From assembly GCA_977020255.1 (NCBI GenBank), contig CDROCS010001089.1:310001-374000 (forward strand): a stretch of 64,000 bases of DNA, written 5' to 3'. The DNA comes from Obrimoposthia wandeli (taxonomy: Eukaryota). Positions 61,179-64,000 of this stretch are shown piece by piece. Both the position numbers and the translations under genes were made by a program. The notes under the pieces were generated by a model. The model saw only the letters and a list, made by a program, of their open reading frames with translations. It ran no database searches and had not been told where the DNA came from. How positions within the stretch are numbered: the first letter of the stretch is position 1; every line of letters begins with the position of its first letter.

Positions 61179-61808
61179 TTAAAACCAACTACTGTTGCTA
61201 TCCAGTTTAGACTTACAAGAAGCTAACTGCGAAGTATAACTAGCCGCACGTCGTTTTACTTTTTTTGCAACGCCCAGCAGCCAAGGCTTTTTGTTGTAAC
61301 TCTTGCGGTTATAGCCTCCTCTGCCTTCGTGATAAGCTAAGTACTGGCCATAGGCATCCCACTTAGAAACGCCAGTCATTCGTTGGGTGCCTGTGGTGTA
61401 CCAGCCAATGAAGTCAATAGCATCATCAAAGTCATCACGATCCGCTCCGCTGTTGCCTGTCGATTTTTTGTATTCTCCCCAAACTCCATTTAAAGCCTGA
61501 GAGTAACCGTATGCACTGGAAACTCTACCAGCAGGTATTATCCATAAAAAGTATTTATAACCTGGGCGAGCATCATCTTTGAAATTAGATTCTTGCTGCA
61601 TAATCGCCATCATCACTGGTATAGGAGTGCCCCAGCGCTTATTGGCAGCTTTAGCATCTTTATACCAACTATTACTACCCTGAAAAATACTACAGATGTT
61701 AGTCGGGTTAGAAGGCTTATAGTTAGCACAGCCAGCGACTAACACCGTGGTCAGTATCATCAGACTGGTAAATTTAAAATCGCTTTTTTGGCTAGGCTTT
61801 GTACCCAT
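61179..61808 (-). CDS. SLT-like lytic transglycosylase lipoprotein
   Basis: Lipobox-like LVAGC, MMAIMQQESNF (catalytic Glu), SSAYGYSQAL, YLAYHEG. Confidence 0.78.
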   Translation of the reverse strand: MGTKPSQKSDFKFTSLMILTTVLVAGCANYKPSNPTNICSIFQGSNSWYKDAKAANKRWGTPIPVMMAIMQQESNFKDDARPGYKYFLWIIPAGRVSSAYGYSQALNGVWGEYKKSTGNSGADRDDFDDAIDFIGWYTTGTQRMTGVSKWDAYGQYLAYHEGRGGYNRKSYNKKPWLLGVAKKVKRRAASYTSQLASCKSKLDSNSSWF

Positions 61809-61932
61809 ATATCCATCTCCTATGTCGTTGCCAAAGATTAGTCAATGTGATGCCAAGTTACTAGGTAAATTTACTGATAGGTTTTAAAAAACATCAACCT
61901 AAGCACAGTTTCGGCAAAAAAACTCAACCCTA

Positions 61933-61950
61933 CTGACACAATGCTGGCAG
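61933..61950. promoter_or_regulatory. Putative operator of the YafY/WYL regulator
   Basis: CTGACA-CAATGC-TGGCAG near-palindrome (one mismatch) about 130 nt upstream of the ABM gene. Confidence 0.45.
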
Positions 61951-62081
61951 GAGCATCGCTTTATAGTTGCGGCAGTTGTAATTCACCAGCAAAAAGCTAA
62001 ATACCTTATAATAGGTACTTACTCAAAAAATTTGCTGGATAGGCACTTCTAAAAAACTCATCAATACAACGGGTAAATACT

Positions 62082-62402
62082 ATGAACAATGCTATCGAGA
62101 TCGTCACTTTCAACTTAAACGCAACTGCTACAAAAGAACAGGTTTTAGCAACAACCCCCGCCATGCAAGAATTCCTTAATCAGCAACCAGGCTTCTTATA
62201 TCGATCATTAAGCTGTGATGAGCAAGGTTTATGGTTTGATATTGTCTACTGGGAAAATCAACAAGCAGCGCAAGCTGGAGGCGAAGCCTTTATGAAATCT
62301 GCAGCAGGGGCAGCGTTGATGCCGTTGATCGATGCCGCTTCTTGTAAAATGCGCCACATGGATGCATTATCAGCTGTTCTTGCTGATTCTCTAGCGGCAT
62401 AA
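62082..62402 (+). CDS. ABM-like (dimeric alpha-beta barrel) protein
   Basis: 106 aa; IEIVTFNL, FLNQQPGFLYRSL, WFDIVYWE. Confidence 0.7.
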   Translation: MNNAIEIVTFNLNATATKEQVLATTPAMQEFLNQQPGFLYRSLSCDEQGLWFDIVYWENQQAAQAGGEAFMKSAAGAALMPLIDAASCKMRHMDALSAVLADSLAA

Positions 62403-62506
62403 ATCTGCAAAATTGATAATGCTCTTCGGGAATTCGTGAATAAGTGTGGTAAGTCATCTGTAAGTTCACCATCACAACTTCCCCATAACATATCCAAGGA
62501 TAATAA

Positions 62507-62932
62507 ATGTCAAATAGCCAAACTCATCATTCAAGTTGCCTGTGTGGTAGCGTGCAGATATCTGTAGCAGAAATTAATCCAAAATTTACTGTCTGTCATT
62601 GTCAAGGATGCAGAACTTGGGGAGGTGCCCCTTTCTTTGCTGTTCAATGCGGCACAGAGGTCGAGTTTGAAAATGCTGAAAAAATAACATTATTTGACTC
62701 ATCAGCTTGGGCTGAACGAGGTTTTTGCCAAGAGTGTGGCACACATTTATTTTACCGGTTAAAGAAAACAGGTGCTTACAACATGCCAGTGGGCTTATTC
62801 CCAGCACTAAAAAATCTAGAAATGAGCATGCAGTATTTCAGTGACAAAAAACCGGATTACTATTGTTTCTCCAACGACACTAAAGAAATGACAGAGGCCG
62901 AGATAATGGTCTATTTCGCAGATCAAGTTTAA
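62507..62932 (+). CDS. GFA (glutathione-dependent formaldehyde-activating/CENP-V) family protein
   Basis: CLCG, CHCQGC, RGFCQECGTHL zinc motifs. Confidence 0.9.
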   Translation: MSNSQTHHSSCLCGSVQISVAEINPKFTVCHCQGCRTWGGAPFFAVQCGTEVEFENAEKITLFDSSAWAERGFCQECGTHLFYRLKKTGAYNMPVGLFPALKNLEMSMQYFSDKKPDYYCFSNDTKEMTEAEIMVYFADQV

Positions 62933-62951
62933 GGGGGACTGATAAAACCTG

Positions 62952-63629
62952 ATGCGTAAAGCAGAGCGATTATTCCAGTTATTAACCCTACTTAGAGGGA
63001 GGCGCACTGTTATCACAGCACGTTCTCTCGCTGAGTATCTAGAAGTGTCCGAGCGAACAATATATCGTGATATGCAAGCGCTCACATTATCTGGTATTCC
63101 AATAGAAGGGGAAGCAGGAGTTGGTTATCGGCTTAAACCTGGCTTCTCTATCCCACCTATCATGTTTAACGCTCAAGAATTAGAAGCTATTTTGCTCGGT
63201 GCTCGCATGGTGCAGCGCTGGGGAGACCCACAATTAGGCGCTGCAGCTGACAGTGCGCTAACCAAAATTATGGCGATATTGCCCGATAAACTCCATTTTG
63301 AGCACACCCTAAAACCTGAATGGTTACTAGTGCCTGAATACTCAGCAGGTGAAAGCGCACGCTTTGGTCAAGAAATCAGGCAGGCGATTAAACAACAGCT
63401 TATCGTAAAGATCGATTATATGACTGAAAACAAACAAACTTCTACCCGTGAAATATGGCCCTTAGGCTTAGTGTTTTGGGGCAATGTTTGGACATTAGTT
63501 AGCTGGTGTGAATTACGCGATGCCTATAGATCATTTCGCCTTGATCGTATTTTACTGCTAACAACAACGGATAAAACTTATCCTCAACGTGACGATATAA
63601 ACCTACAGCATTATATTCAAGGCTTTTAA
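62952..63629 (+). CDS. YafY family HTH-WYL transcriptional regulator
   Basis: RKAERLFQLL, EVSERTIYRDM HTH, GEAGVGY, WYL-domain WTLVSWCELRDAYRSFRLDRI. Confidence 0.92.
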   Translation: MRKAERLFQLLTLLRGRRTVITARSLAEYLEVSERTIYRDMQALTLSGIPIEGEAGVGYRLKPGFSIPPIMFNAQELEAILLGARMVQRWGDPQLGAAADSALTKIMAILPDKLHFEHTLKPEWLLVPEYSAGESARFGQEIRQAIKQQLIVKIDYMTENKQTSTREIWPLGLVFWGNVWTLVSWCELRDAYRSFRLDRILLLTTTDKTYPQRDDINLQHYIQGF

Positions 63630-63806
63630 AAAATTTTTCAAACAAATTATCCCCTCTATTGTATAGGCTTGTGTGCAGTACTTTCTTAATATAACAAATC
63701 GCCAAACTAGTACCTGCAACAAACGGAAAAATCAGAATAATATAGCGTAGTGGCAATATTGATGAAATCTATTAACTTTTACTCATAGCTAATTTTCATC
63801 CACGGA

Positions 63807-64000
63807 TCAATTTTTACTCCCAGACAGTGCATCAGATGGGAAATCGCTGGCCTGTTCTTTAAGATGCTGATCTATAAAATCAACGAACACTTGGCAGCGC
63901 AAAGATTGGCGCACTTGCGTTGGCAGTACTAAATAACTATCGATACCTGTTTCAACTCCTTGGCTATTGAGTAATACTAATTGCCCAGATTTGAGGTCAG
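63807..64000 (-). CDS. C-terminal end of a probable LysR-family regulator (5' part outside window)
   Basis: Manual translation DLKSGQLVLLNSQGVETGIDSYLVLPTQVRQSLRCQVFVDFIDQHL...SKN* resembles a LysR substrate-binding C-terminus. Confidence 0.6.
   Translation of the reverse strand, partial: DLKSGQLVLLNSQGVETGIDSYLVLPTQVRQSLRCQVFVDFIDQHLKEQASDFPSDALSGSKN

Noticed and set aside
63499-63756. 85-aa minus-strand ORF
   Set aside because: Overlaps the 3' end of the WYL gene, has no RBS and no motif.

Overview
Chromosomal segment of a Gammaproteobacterium, AT-rich by eye, with gene order resembling Pseudomonadales/Oceanospirillales. Left part (1-31 kb) is accessory/metabolic: a putative D-amino-acid/imine catabolic cluster (class IV aminotransferase, racemase-fold protein, DadA-like oxidoreductase, RidA, LysR) with a tripartite tricarboxylate transporter; a ZIP transporter; a GltR/GtrS-like two-component pair; an acyl-CoA dehydrogenase/CoA-transferase/PcaR-type operon; two gamma-glutamyltransferases plus a glutamine amidotransferase; MATE; zur-znuCB/znuA; and the Fur-controlled imelysin four-gene cluster. 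The middle and right (31.6-58 kb) are housekeeping genes (coaD, recG, oxyR, rpiA, ilvA, aroE, hemF, tsaC, purE, dprA, def, fmt, rsmB, trkAH, glyQS) with two parS-like sites, suggesting an origin-proximal location. After glyS come a 710-aa protein with a C-terminal pilin domain, an SLT-like lipoprotein and an ABM-GFA-WYL module. I saw no rRNA, tRNA, CRISPR array, transposase, integrase or phage gene. Two short MITE-like elements, an uncalled 40-aa membrane ORF and several operator sites were read by hand. All family assignments are from motif recognition, not database searches.
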